DNA from: Octopus sinensis
Taxonomy: Eukaryota
Assembly: GCF_006345805.1 (NCBI RefSeq)
Contig: NC_043002.1
Location: 101,494,001-101,558,000, forward strand
Reading direction: 5' to 3'
Length of the DNA: 64,000 nucleotides
The notes beneath the pieces are model-generated. The model saw nothing but the letters and a program-made list of their open reading frames with translations. It was not told the DNA's origin and searched no databases. Position numbers and translations under genes: made by a program. This document shows, one piece after another, positions 47,450 to 61,715 of the stretch. Numbering within the stretch: position 1 is the stretch's first letter; each line of letters opens with the position of its first letter.

Positions 47450-47937
47450 GCATGTGCATACATGTAAATACGTATCTATATTTTGATACGTATGTGAAGA
47501 CGAGTAGGCACGCGCGCACACACAAGTACACACCCAACACACACACATTGAGAAAGAATTATGTATACATACATGTGTGTGTAAGTGTGTGTGTGAGTGT
47601 GTGTGTGAGTGTGTGTGTGTGTGTGTGTGAGTGTGTAATCATTTCGCTTTTATTAATGAATGTTCAATTGTATAAAACGTCTCTGACCTGAAGGCTTCGT
47701 GTCATTCTCACATTTTTCAATGAGTAGAGATATAGAAAGTAGAAGAGTTGCGTAGACCCTCAATTGTTCTCTCAACTTCCGCTGCATGCTATAATCCGTT
47801 TGCCACATGACAGCCGTAGTAATGCGATTTTTCAATGAACTTCGAAATGCACACAACTTCATTGCGCTTCATTATATATATAGTCAGTCTGTTAAAAATG
47901 AGTGTATGTGCGTATATATGTGTGAGTGTTTATATAT

Positions 47938-47985
<48 letters not shown>

Positions 47986-47987
<2 letters not shown>

Positions 47988-48360
47988 TTCAGCAAAATTC
48001 ATATTCAGATGAATATGGTACTTAAATCAGAGGCACCAGAATTTTATATGGTATTATCCATATAAATCCATGAGGTGATAACAAAGTTAAAATCTGCAGT
48101 CAGCGAGTAGATTTAATACTATCATGTTCTCTTACGAATGAAATCAACCTCTCTGTCTGTATATCTACCCTCTTTATAATGTTGGCAAACGAAATAGGGA
48201 TAAGAATGTGCATTGTCCGCTTGCTGGAAAATTTCCATAGGTGGCTGAAGATTGCCCGACATTTTAAAACGGATGTAGTACTTACAGTGTTTAATAAAAT
48301 GAAGTAGCATGAAACGATCGTACCACATTACGTCGGATATACTTGTTGCTTATTTTGATT
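47986..48360 (+). mobile_element. (TA)n-flanked non-autonomous element containing a hammerhead
   Basis: Unique ~375 bp between (TA)n 47930-47985 and 48360-48448; contains the HHR listed next. Confidence 0.6.
48241..48326 (+). ncRNA. Type I hammerhead ribozyme
   Basis: GTGG CTGAAGA (48245-48251) T-TGC..CATTTTA-AAAC..GTTT..TAAAATG..GCA-T GAAA (48311-48314) C GATC G TA CCAC. GUA triplet; U-U at 10.1/11.1; stem I only 4 bp. Confidence 0.7.
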
Positions 48361-48386
48361 ATATATATATATATATTATATATATA

Positions 48387-48430
<44 letters not shown>

Positions 48431-50401
48431 ATATATATATATATATAGTATGTATGTATGTATAATTATTTATGGTCACTTTAAAAGATCTAAGAGACGA
48501 CGATACTACCATTTAACTCCAGGTAGACATCACCACCAGCTAATTTATTCAGTACTCTTCTCGTACTCAAACTTTATAGCAGTGGGAGACTACTCCTGCC
48601 ACCATACCACTGAGACCACTAGACCATTTGCTTTCAATCTGTATGTATTGGCTCTCTTCGGCGGTGGGAACTCGTTCGCCAGGCATGGCAGCAGTTTAAC
48701 CTCGCTTGCAATTTATAGAATATACAGTGTTGTTCAATCACTGATTTTGTAACTCAGATAACAAACAAAAAAATTCTACATTGCGACAATTAGAAACATA
48801 GAAATAGAATCTGAAAGTAGCTATTTTTGTATTCAACTAATGGTGACGTCACTAGCTAACTAAAGAAAAAAAGGAACATAAGAATTCTACGTTATGATTA
48901 TTAGAAACAAAGGTTTTACCTCACAACAATTAGTTATCTATGTATTAAATGTATTAAACATTTTAGAATGATTAACCTTATTATATAATGTATGAATAAC
49001 TACTATACTTCAGATTTTAAATTTTTGAATGTCTTTCGTAATTTATAGTAACATTTTATTGTAAACTTTTTGCATTGAACTTAAATGAAAAGTAATTATA
49101 TAATCAATTTTTTCAAGAATTGCCAGTATTGTTCGAGGGTGCATAACTAATAATGCACCACTTTAAATCATACTTGATGTTCCTATGTATTAAATCACAA
49201 ATGCATTTACTAAGATTTGTAGAATTACTTTTTCTTCTATACTTCAATGAATAGAAATGATTATGAAATCTAGATTTCTAAATTCTAAGAGACGAATCAA
49301 TATGATAATACTTACGGTCTCCTGTCATTACCTTACACTGAGAAGCTATGTTCTTCCTTGAACAATCATTTTATAAAGGGCATTCAATCTTGTTCTTACA
49401 ATTAAATAGGCATTTATTCACTTGTATTTGGTATTCCTAGATAAAAAAATTTTTATTCGTTCTCTCTGAATTAGGCGTTCATTTGGGATTATTGTAATTA
49501 TAATTAATATTAATGGTAGGTGATAACCTGATATCGGATTCGTAAGTACTTACAGAATCGAGACCTAGTTCAGAAGGATTATCATTAGAGTTAATTTTAT
49601 GAATGATGAGCTTCCACACATTCTCCGTCTATCAAATTCACTCACAAGCTGTGGTTATATGAGATGACCCACAAGACAGTGAGAAACAGGACTGAATTCG
49701 AAACCTCCTCGCTGAAAAAATAGCTTTTAAAACTGATTGCTTTTATACATAAAGTATATTTATTTGTTCATTGATATTTATTGATTTTTATTGATTTTTA
49801 TTGATATGCATTGACAATTCACAAAAATCTGTATGATTTTTTCTTCACTGAACATTACACTACCAGTGCATGCTGCCATAGAGGAAATGAAATATTTCAA
49901 GAAATGCAATTTCGTCCTGCAGTCGAGTATCTTCGTCAGTCAAGGGTACCTTTGCTTGATATTTCGAATTGCTGAAGATTGCACCGCTTTTATAAATACA
50001 GTATATGGGTCAGAAATTATATTTCCGTAAACCTTTATTTATAGGTGTGTAATTATATATTTCCATGTCTGATTTCCTGTCTCTATGTATTTATACATAC
50101 GTATGTATGTATGTATGTATATATGTATGTCATTATTCAGTTTTATTTCAAGATTTCTAGCCATTAGAGAGAAAGGCGGTTTCCAACCTAGATACGAGGA
50201 ACCTTCATTGGAATTTCAACAACGACAGCACATTTTTGTCAGCAATATAGTTGCGTGTCTAGACATATATACTTAAATTATTAACTTCTGAAACGTTTTA
50301 CCCATATTTACAGTTCTAGTGATGGTTCGGATCTGGAGTCTTCGAATCAGCTTATGTATGTAACTAATCTATGTATGTATGTATGTATGCACGTATGTAT
50401 G

Positions 50402-50435
<34 letters not shown>

Positions 50436-50706
50436 TGTATGCATGTATGTATGCATGTATGTATGTATCTATCTATCTATCTATCGATCGATCTATCTAT
50501 CTATCTATCTATATATCCATCCATCTATCCATCTACTTATTGGCCTATCTATTCTGTGGCACATATGAATATACATAGACGTACAGGTATATATACACAG
50601 ATGGGCAAAAACGATTTATAGAATTGTATATATTCATATTCTTGTTCGACTGTCTGCCTCCTTTTTTTTAATGCATTAAAAAATTTTATTGATACACACA
50701 CACACA

Positions 50707-50753
<47 letters not shown>

Positions 50754-51096
50754 GTATATATATATATATATATACGTTTCATTCATTGAAACTTGTTGCT
50801 CACTCGAAACCACACAAACGTTTAAAATGCTTTACGATAAACATATACACATTGTATGTAGGTAGCTAAATACATGTATACGTATACATATATAGTTATA
50901 TAAACGCATGCCCTCTCCCTGAAACACAAGTAGACACTCACACAGGTATATACACCCCGTATATGTGTATACATATGCATATCTTAAGGTACTAAAACAT
51001 TTACATGCAACCTGAACATACGGGCCAGTGCATACTCGCTTTGTCATGCGAAGGCTGTCACGCATATATAGATAATCAGGCATAGAAAGGTAAAGA

Positions 51097-51155
<59 letters not shown>

Positions 51156-51509
51156 GGAGAGAGGGGGAGAGAGAGTGAGACAGAGAGACAGAGAGAGAGA
51201 GAGGGGTGTTATAGGTGCATATATTTTTGTGCGTATGTACACGTAGACATGTAGACAAACATACACGAAGCTATATATTCACACATATACATATGTATAT
51301 ATAAACCCAGAGAACGGCCGAGACTACGTCACATATAAACACACACACACGCATATGCACATAGCCATAGATTGTGCTTTACATCGTTATTTTATGTATA
51401 AATGGGCGGCGTGTGTAGGTGTAGGTGTGTGCATAGATATATGTACATATATATATATATATAACTATATATATATATGTATATGTATATAGTTATAATA
51501 TTATATAAC

Positions 51510-51542
<33 letters not shown>

Positions 51543-51635
51543 GTATATTATATGTATATATACATATAAGTACATATATATGTGTATATATACATATACA
51601 TATACATATATAGAATATATAATATATATATATAC

Positions 51636-51679
<44 letters not shown>

Positions 51680-51768
51680 GTATATATACAATATATATAT
51701 ATATATCTATATATGTATATATAATATATATATATTATTATATATATATCTATATATGTATATATATA

Positions 51769-51814
<46 letters not shown>

Positions 51815-51911
51815 ATGCATGACTATACGCATCGCACGCATATAAAAATATGTATGTATATATTTTTCTTTCTATCTATCTATCTATCTTCTATCTATCT
51901 GTCTATCTATC

Positions 51912-51953
<42 letters not shown>

Positions 51954-52373
51954 ACATATATATATCTATATATATATATATATATTTATTTTTTTTTTTC
52001 CACTCTTCAACATTTCCTACAATTTGCCGTTTTCCTGCTTCTCCCATTCTACACAGCTAGCTCATTAGTTACTATTACTCCGAAGCTATCTTTCAAACAT
52101 TGCTGGCCACTGAACGCCAATTAGTTCCTGCTGCTATTTCTATGCATTCCAACAGTTGTATTTTTTTGTACATTTTTACCCTTATTTTCTGTTATTTAAT
52201 TCATTTATGTCTTCACTTCTTTTTTTTTTTTTTTTTTCGTTAATTCTTGGCTGAAACAAAAAATTATCTAATTTTTCAACGAGTTGATGGTACACTTTAA
52301 CCACTTCGAGCCGGCGAATTCCTTGTATGTATGTATGTATGTATGTATGTATGTATGTATGTATGTATGTATG

Positions 52374-52405
<32 letters not shown>

Positions 52406-52530
52406 TGTATGCATGTATGCATTTATGTATGGATATATGTATGTATATATGCATATATGCATGTCTGTATGTATATATATATTCGTGTACGTACATAAAT
52501 ACATACATACATACTCTCTCTCTCTCTCAA

Positions 52531-52581
<51 letters not shown>

Positions 52582-52772
52582 CATACACACACACATATAT
52601 ATACCTATCTATCAAGAGATCCATTAACCAACATATCTATTTATGTATGTATCTATCTATGTACCTTTCATATGTATGTATGCATATATATATATATTTA
52701 TAATATATATATATACTCACATATATGTATATGTTTATATATGTAAGTGTATATATATCATAAATACATTCA

Positions 52773-52806
<34 letters not shown>

Positions 52807-54067
52807 CATACATATATACATATATACATATATATATAGATATATATGTATTTATATATACATGCATATCTATCTATCTATCTATCTATTTATCTCTCTC
52901 TCTCTATATATATATATGTATGTATGTATGTATCAAATACATTTGTTCATGCATACATACATTCATACATACACACACATATATACTTAAATGTGTAAGA
53001 GTTTGTTTGTGTGTCTAAGTGCATTGTTTGTAGATTCAGACATTGTGTTTATAGACGCCAAAATACAAACAGGATCAAATTGGGACACACTTCTTTCAAA
53101 TATTTATGCTAATATTTCCCATGTTTCGGAAAGAAAATATGCTCTCACTGTTGCAACCGATTCTTCAAATACTCGTATTATTTCAAATCTGTAGAGATGA
53201 TACGAATAATTTTCGAAACAATATTTCCAGATAACTCTAAGTATTCCCGCTAAATTGAATAATGTTTAAGCTAGATTTCTTGAAGACGATACAAATATGA
53301 TTTCAGTATTTGTTATTAAGTGATATCATGAACTGAAATCGTGAAAATGATATTATTACATATTCTAGGGCATTAGAGAATATATAGAATGCTGTGAGAA
53401 AGCCTGAAGGTGTAAAACGTCATTTATCATAAACGATGTCATTTATTCTCATCGAAAATACTAGAAATAGCATATTTTCCCCTAAATTCAGTGAGAATTA
53501 CGAACCTTAAGCATATGAATAAGAAAACGTATCGCGGAGGAAACAAACCGAAAACCTTTTATCAAAACAAAATAATATGAATAAAAAGGAGTAAATTAAA
53601 ACAAGAAATAAAAACTAAAATCTAAGGAAAAACCGAGAACTTATTATAAAGAAAATATGGGGAACAAGCCCCGTCTTGATGGTCAATATTCTGGGAAACA
53701 AAACATAGAGGAAGTGAAGGGAAATGAAAACCGGCTCTGTTCCAAATGTAACTGCATTAAAAAAGAATCCTTTAATTTCATACCAAACTATTAAACTCAC
53801 TTTAAATCTGTATGCATTTCGTCAGAGATACAATTGCTCAGATATTCTCGGCTGGCGTTTAAGGACTTACGATTGACAGATTGTTACTAAGTTGATGATG
53901 GAGTGTGTCAGTAAGGAAGTTGTTGCTGTTCAACGAAAATGTTGAAATAATGTTAGTAAAATTCTCAGATTTCTATGTTATTCAATAGCTCATTCATGAT
54001 ATAATAGCTTCCCTTGTCCTTGTACAGAGTTAATATTTCCTTGTACATAATTATAATATATATATAT

Positions 54068-54127
<60 letters not shown>

Positions 54128-54129
<2 letters not shown>

Positions 54130-54290
54130 AATGAAAGAATGGAGTTGAACGACGAATTAACAAAATTCCTTTATTTTATTTTCGACATATGTTTCGAAGG
54201 CTGCATAGGAATATGCAGCCTTCGAAACATATGTCGAAAATAAAATAAAGGATTTTGTTAATTCGTCGTTCAACTCCATTCTTTCATTTA
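54128..54290. repeat. Near-perfect ~80-bp-arm palindrome containing the 3' half of a hammerhead (GAAAC-ATAT-GTC) on both strands
   Basis: Arms 54128-54207/54212-54290, 4-nt loop GGAA, one 1-nt indel; GAAACATATGTC at 54224-54235. Confidence 0.85.
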
Positions 54291-54460
54291 TTTGTATTAA
54301 AAAAAACACACAAATTTCCACACGATAGCACGTGATCTCTGCCCTAGGCATGTAGCTTCAACCGTGTTTTTCTGACGTGAATTTGCTACCCAGTTATAGG
54401 TTAACCGAATTATCCATAATAAGATAATTCATTCAACTACTATATATATATATATATATA

Positions 54461-54980
54461 TATAACAATTTAGGAATGGCCTGAACAGGCCATTCGTCCA
54501 CCAGAAAGAGCAGCCATAACTCCAACCGCCAAGTAGTGTAATTCGGAAATAAGGTGAAAATTTAAAAACATTTACCCTAATTCATCTTTTATACGATGCA
54601 TCGTTTCGGTGTCTTTAATGATAGACCAGCTTAATTAAATTAAATTAAGCTGGTCTACCATAGGTCACACTTCATCAGTAAAAGAAACCTGGGAGAGACG
54701 GATATACACGAGGCTACTGTATCAATGCCTCGGGAATATCTGTCTTAAAATTTTGAAGACCAACGCATTCGCGCCAAACTTATCGGCAGCAAATATAAAC
54801 TGCCGATTCAATCTCAGAATTAGTCAGAAAATTATCAATTAATCAATTTAGGGTAGCAAAAAATTCAGTAAAAATTTATCGCTACCAGCGGCCTAATGGA
54901 AAAGAGAACATAGTCAAAGACTAAATATGTATAAATATAACAATTTAGGAATGGCCTGAACAGGCCATTCGTCCACCAGA
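54461..54980 (-). mobile_element. Retrozyme-like monomer (475-bp period) with 45-bp terminal direct repeat, between (TA)n tracts
   Basis: tataacaatttaggaatggcctgaacaggccattcgtccaccaga is identical at 54461-54505 and 54936-54980; HHR inside. Confidence 0.7.
54585..54685 (-). ncRNA. Type I hammerhead ribozyme
   Basis: Minus strand TCTTTTA CTGATGA A GTGT..ATGGTAGACCAGCTTAATT/AATTAAGCTGGTCTATCAT..ACAC C GAAA CGA-TGCA-TCG TA TAAAAGA. 7-bp stem I, GUA triplet, A-C at 10.1/11.1. Confidence 0.8.
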
Positions 54981-55625
54981 TATATATATATGTACACATA
55001 CATACGTTTGATTTAAGGCTGCCATTGGTTTCATGTTAGGAAAACGTATCTTAATACCTTAACAAATTTTGACGCGGATCAGATGGAGGAACAGTGTTCA
55101 TCTCCATTTTCCCTTCAGTGATATAACGACGGGTGAAGGAGCAACAGAAAGTTTATTACTTTGATGCCCAGAGAAAATGGAACAGGGAGTAAAATACGTT
55201 TGCATCAACGGTTGCACACTTTGAGATACGCACATATATCTACAAATCTGTCTATACACACACATACACACACACACGCGCACACACACACACACACACA
55301 CACAAGCACGCACACACAAAAACACACATACACGTACATGATTATCTCTCCTTCTTGTAAGGGATGCATTATTATCATTTAGTTGCGAAATTGCGATTGA
55401 CCCGTTTGCCCGATAACTGATGAGAAGTTGGCGACCAACCACGCCTGTTTCTCGGTTGGTTGTGCTTTTATGTTAATAATGATGATGATCATGATAATAA
55501 TGCCTTAGGAAGGGTCACGTTTCTCCGCTGTGCCGCATCTGTAATAGAGTGGACGCAACCACTGCAAACGCTCTAGACTTGCCCAAAATCACAGCAAGTA
55601 TTAGTTAAACGCTCAGGTAGAGAAA

Positions 55626-55922
55626 ATGCTACATTGGAAACTGTACGAAAAGTGGGCCCTAGAGAGTGGCAATACGCGGTATGAACACAAACCACAGATA
55701 GTGGCACAGTCGGAGATTAGCAAATTCCTCTGGGATTACCCAATCCAAACAGATCAGGTGCTAGAACATAAACTAGACCTAGAGGTGGTGGACAAAGTGC
55801 ACCACATACGATATATAGTTGATATTTCATGCCTCTTTGACCCACGAATAATCAAAAAGGAAGGCAAAAAGATAGATAAATACAACCCTCTTAAGTACGA
55901 AATAGCCCGGAAATGGAAATGA
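55626..55922 (+). pseudogene. Degenerate R4/Dong RLE fragment
   Basis: LHWKL..HKPQIV..LWDYPIQTD..YIVDISC..KYNPLKYEIARKW. Confidence 0.75.
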
Positions 55923-55987
55923 GCTTCTTATATATGTGTCACGTTGATGGCATGCGTTGCTATCACACTCAATAATAATGGACGTCA

Positions 55988-56317
55988 ATGGATTTTTTTG
56001 AAATTACTGAACAGAAATTATGTGAACAAGCGAGAGTGAAACGAAAGAATGGATGGTTAACAGAAATGGAGCTAGAAGCTATTAAAAGAAGGACATCGGA
56101 TGATGCTGAGGATACGAGAAACGAAAGTGGTTTTGTGGAAGAGATGCTCAGTTGTTCACAAGAATATACTACCGTGAATTGTGAAAGAATTGAGATCAGT
56201 GACTTCTCAAACAATGAAGATCGATTAATAATAGACAGGATTTTGGATCTATTAAATATAGAAGGGACGGAATTTATGGGGAACATTAAGAAGGTTAACC
56301 AATCAAGAGACGAGTAA
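55988..56317 (+). pseudogene. Probable N-terminal region of an R4/Dong ORF
   Basis: EITEQKLCEQARVKRKNGWLTEMELEAIKRR resembles the N-terminal motif of this clade (from recall, not searched). Confidence 0.5.
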
Positions 56318-56369
56318 AGCCTATAATATACTGAGACACATTCAATAAAAAAACATTGCACAAATGTAT

Positions 56370-56700
56370 AATCATATCAAGGCTCCTAGCAGGACTGAGA
56401 ATACTTGTAGACTAATAGGTAAAAATTTTCCCACAGATAAATTATAATATATCTGTAAAGGAATTTGACAAATTCAGTAAATATAAAGACCTGGAATTTG
56501 AGATACAAATGATGTGGCAACCTAAAGCGAGAACTGTTCCTGTTGTTGTTGGTGTCCTAGGTATGATAAAAAAGAGATGTAAGCAACATCTAGATAAATC
56601 CCAGGAGACTCATGTCTCAGAGAAATCCAAAAGATTGCTCAGAAGTACTGCTCTCGTCCTTAGAAAAAACTGTCAATATAGATGTCTATGTTGCATCACA
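56370..56700 (+). pseudogene. Degenerate R4/Dong RLE C-terminus
   Basis: VKEFDKFSKYKDLEFEIQMMWQPKARTVPVVVGVLGMIKK. Confidence 0.75.
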
Positions 56701-56842
56701 TGAAGATATTTCGCTACTGCCCTTGCCATTTACCTCTCCAAACTTTCAGTGATTCTGTAACATCTCTTATCATTCACTCGCCCAAGGAGGCTGGATGTGG
56801 CTTGGCAAGTGATTATAAGAAACGTGCAGATTAACAGTAAGT

Positions 56843-56894
<52 letters not shown>

Positions 56895-56895
56895 T

Positions 56896-57462
56896 AGCCC
56901 AGAAGGAATATAAGAAACGCCACGATAATATAGCTAGGCTTGTCTATTGGACACTTTGCAACAAGTATAGCCTTGACAGAGCAAAAAATTGGTACGACCA
57001 CAAACCTGAAATCATTGTCGAAAATAGAAATGCAAAGGTGCTATTTGATTTTATGATTCAGTGCGACCATGAGGTTGAAAATAGGAAGCCGGACATGGTC
57101 TTAATTGAGAAAGAAACAAACTATGCTGGATAGTAGACATAGCATGCCCAGCTGACAACAAGGGATGCGATAAGGAAGAAAGAAAAGTTGAGAGATATGA
57201 CAGGTTAGCTTGGGAAGTTAAGAAGTTGTGGTCGATGAAAAATGTAGCTGTAGTACCAATAATTGTCGGAGACCCGGAGACATTGAGCAAAAATCTCGAG
57301 AAGTACGTGGAACAAAGAGGGGCTGCAATAAGGGTGGAGCACTGTTTGCAACCGCTCGAATACTCCGGAAGGTGCTCAAAAATTAAGAGGTGTTACCTTA
57401 GTTCACTTGTAGTGAACAGCTGACACTGTAGTACATTTCCATCGTTAGAAGATGTGCAAAGG

Positions 57463-57463
<1 letters not shown>
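56896..57463 (+). mobile_element. 5'-truncated R4/Dong copy between (AAT)n 56845-56895 and 57464-57555
   Basis: WYDHKPE..AKVLFDF..NRKPDMVLIEKE..KYDRLAWEVKKLW..VVPIIVG; 3' UTR shared with 25703-25792. Confidence 0.8.
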
Positions 57464-57555
<92 letters not shown>

Positions 57556-58560
57556 CATAAATAAATAAATAGATAAATAAATAAATAATAAATGCTTTGA
57601 TGGCTTCTGATCTTAACTGATTGGAAGTGTTATTATATACGTTGTTTTGTCTTGATATAAAAAAATGGGCTACAGCAAATATTCTGCTCAATACCACAGA
57701 TTTGCTTGTCAGTTATTTGACCTTAACCAGTTGAGCATGTCCCTTGGTGGCTGACGATATGTGCATCATTGCCATGTGTTGAAAGGAATTATTTGGCGTT
57801 TGGATAATTCACCATTGGAAACATGGGTGTTTCGTTCAACATCCATAAACAAGCCTTAATCAATGGAACACATAAAAGAACCGATAGGTAAATCCTCAAA
57901 GAACCAGGAAATCTGGGCTCAATGTCGCGGTAGATGTTGAAGAGTAGTGTACAAGATAATATAACTGAATAAATAAATATTCCATTAGAAGCTGAGGACG
58001 CAAGTAAGAATACAATAGAGTGCCAGAAGTGAAGTTGATTAAAATATCCATTAGGACAATGAAGAGCACTCACCATGGGCAATATCATTTTTGGTTTTAC
58101 GTCTACGTAGAATTTATTAAGAAATCACATTTCTCATGAGTCTTTGCACGCCATTATCATTTCTTAGATACTTATCAACGTCGGTACTACACATTAAACC
58201 ATTACTATTTAAAAAGAACATTAAGGTAGTTTATTGTTGTTCTTTTGCAACTTGTTAGTCCTGAATGAGAAGCTATGATCGAAAACAGAGTCTATAATAT
58301 TAAGCAACTTGTTTTTTCAGGCAACTGTCATCCAAAATTCTTTATGCAAAATGTTGTTTCTCTTTTCAGAGATGTGAGTGTTAAGGGGCAGCTCAGACAA
58401 CGATTTTTATAATAGTAGTCTAATATGTAGAAGTTTCCTTATTATCTCCATGTCTATCATGGCAGTTTTCTAAGTCTAAGTTTAGCTGGAGTTATATTTA
58501 ATGCAGTTAGAACGGTCAGGTGAATTAGAAATAATTTATTCTGTGACGAATAAAACCATA

Positions 58561-58950
58561 GGCGCAGGAGTGGCTGTGTGGTAAGTAGCTTGCTAACCAA
58601 CCACATGGTTCCGGGTTCAATCCCACTGCGGGGCATCTTGGGCATGTGTCTTCTGCTATAGCCCCGGGCCGACCAATGCCTTGTGAGTGGATTTGGTAGA
58701 CGGAAATTGAAAGAAGCCTGTCGAATATATGTATATATATATATATGTGTGTGCTTGTGTGTCTGTGTTTGTCTCCCTAGCATTGCTTGACAACCGATGC
58801 TGGTGTGTTTACGTCCCCGTCACTTAGCGGTTCGGCAAAAGGGACCGATAGAATAAGTACTGGGCTTACAAAGAATAAGTCCCGGGGTCGATTTGCTCGA
58901 CTAAAGGCGGTGCTCCAGCATGGCCGCAGTCAAATGACTGAAACAAGTAA
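58561..58950 (+). mobile_element. Family B SINE, near full length
   Basis: tRNA-like head tggctgtgtggtaag...gggttcaatccc; body and tail as in the other copies. Confidence 0.85.
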
Positions 58951-59559
58951 AAATAGTAAAACAGTAAGAGTATGCTAGACAACAAATAGCATTGTGTCAA
59001 TTATGCCGACAACTGCGACAACTGCAGACAAATTGCGGTCTTATTAAAATACATCAGTGGAGCAGAGCCTTGTTCAGTCCTTGCTGAAGAAGGAAATTGC
59101 TCTATTGTTGTACGCGAATAGTAGTGAATAACAACATATTTTATAATATAATTTATAAAGGAAGAATGCTCAAAGACGCCATCGAAGTACAAAAAGCAAA
59201 AAGAGCGCTAAAGTGCAATCTTAACGTATTTGATCGAGTGAGGTTTTGGTTTTGCGTGAGGTTTTGTTAATGGTGGTACTCGCTTAATGTGGAATCTTTT
59301 CTGTTCAAGCTGCAAATGAAAATCATAAGTGACCGTTTCTCTTATCGGTGTTGTTTAGCCCTGGGTGGCAATGATGGAAAACAGTTATGATCAAAATTTT
59401 TAAAACACGGAGATTTTATCTAATTTTTATAAACATAATGTATCTGTTGATAGGTTACCCGATTTGTCCTCCATTTTTTCAGAGAGTATGCTGATTTCAA
59501 AGCGATTTGACTGGTATTTCTAGCCTATTGATCGATCGTAGTCATCCTGCTCCTCATCC

Positions 59560-59960
59560 TTCCCCTCTCCTCCTCATCAGACCTGTCGCCGGGGCCAAAA
59601 TCACCGTCGTCAACATCGTCATCATCGCCGGTACCGCCGTCGCCATTGCTTTAGTCGTCCTCCTCCTTTTCCCTCTCCCCAGCCTCCTTTCTCCTCCTTC
59701 ATTCCCTGCTCCTTCTCCACCTCTTCCATCTCTTCCACCACCTCCTCCTTTTCCCCATCGTCACCACCGTCACCGTCATGATGAATCTTCGTCGTTGCCG
59801 TCATCAATCATCACTGCCACCACCACTACCGCCGCCACCACCACCACCGCCGCCACCACCACTACCACCCACCACCACCGCCACCATCGTCGTCGTCGTC
59901 ATCACCACCATCATCGACACCATCGACACCATCGCCACCACCCGCGGAAATCGCCATCAT
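59560..59960. repeat. (CCT)/(CAC)/(CGT) low-complexity tract
   Basis: Visible runs. Confidence 0.85.
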
Positions 59961-60426
59961 CAATGGCCATGAATTCGTCTGCTCACTTTCAAGTGTGTTA
60001 TTTTCACTTTAATTAATTAATTACAAACTGTCCGAATCTCTATAAATTAGTCTATTTTTATGCTAATGATGTTCCAATAGTCATTATTATGCAATCATTA
60101 GCCATTCATGGTTCATATAAAAATTCACACACACACACATACACGTTCGCAGAAAAGAGCGTCGCGCGCGTGTGTGTGTGTGTGTGTGTATGTGTGTGTG
60201 TGCATTGATACAATGTACTATGTATGCGTGTGTGTGTGCGTGTGTGTTTGCGTGTGTATCTATGTGAATCACTCCTAGACTACCTTGTTTTCTCTACATG
60301 TAAGTCTTGGCTGATGTTAGCAAGTTACACAAATGAACCCTATACACACACACACACACCCCACACACACACACATATATATGCATATACAAAGATTCTA
60401 ATTACACCCACACACAGAATACTTAT

Positions 60427-60473
<47 letters not shown>

Positions 60474-60648
60474 GATATACGTTTATTTTGTGTATATATA
60501 TATTTATATACACGCGTGTGTGTATAGATATAACCCGTATATTTATACATAGATATACATACATACATTTATAATATATATATATATATATATATGTACA
60601 TAAACTCATACATAAATTATTCATATATGCATACATATATACAAATAT

Positions 60649-60688
<40 letters not shown>

Positions 60689-61063
60689 TATGTGTGTGTT
60701 TGCATATATGTATATATGAATGAATGTAGAGCAGCATAGATACGCCGCCCAACCCACCTCGCATCCGTGTTTGTATATATATATGATCTCGTTGCTGGGC
60801 GTTAATTAGTTTCACGTTGGTCTCTTTCGCAATATTCCGTCTGTATTGCATTGTGCGTGTGATATTTGAGTGCTTGCGTGTCTGTGTGTTTAATGTGTAT
60901 GTGAAATTTGTACGTGTATATGTGTACATGTCTATTCGTGAGTCCGTGTATTTTTATTGTATAAGTGTGTAATGCGTGCCTGTGTATATGTTTATTTGCG
61001 CGCGCGTGTGTATGTGTGTGTATGGGTGTACGCGTGTATATGTAGGTGTATGGGAAGTGTATA

Positions 61064-61125
<62 letters not shown>

Positions 61126-61162
61126 GTATATATATGTGTATATATATATGTATATATATGTG

Positions 61163-61230
<68 letters not shown>

Positions 61231-61508
61231 TATATATATACATATATAATATACATGTGTGTATATATATATATATATTTATATATGCATGTATGTATGC
61301 GCATATGTTTGTAGAAAGAGAGAGAGAGAGAGAGTGAGAGATGGAAGAGTTGGGGTTTGTGATCATATATGGGTAGGGGAAAGGGGTTAAATTAATAATT
61401 AAAATAATTATTTTTACGTTTCAAGTTGCTGCTCCGTCTTGTCTTGTACGGAGTGAGTGAGGTAAAACAATGGAAGCCGCCTTATCTCGGCTAAAGTAGG
61501 CTCGCCAG

Positions 61509-61608
61509 NNNNNNNNNNNNNNNNNNNNNNNNNNNNNNNNNNNNNNNNNNNNNNNNNNNNNNNNNNNNNNNNNNNNNNNNNNNNNNNNNNNNNNNNNNNN
61601 NNNNNNNN
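61509..61608. other. Assembly gap (100 N)
   Basis: N run. Confidence 1.
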
Positions 61609-61658
61609 TGCCCTCTCAACGTGTTGTTTGGACATTACATATGTATACACACACACAC

Positions 61659-61715
<57 letters not shown>

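Noticed and set aside
55381-55430. GAAA...CTGATGA possible type II hammerhead
   Set aside because: No stem I hairpin can be formed.
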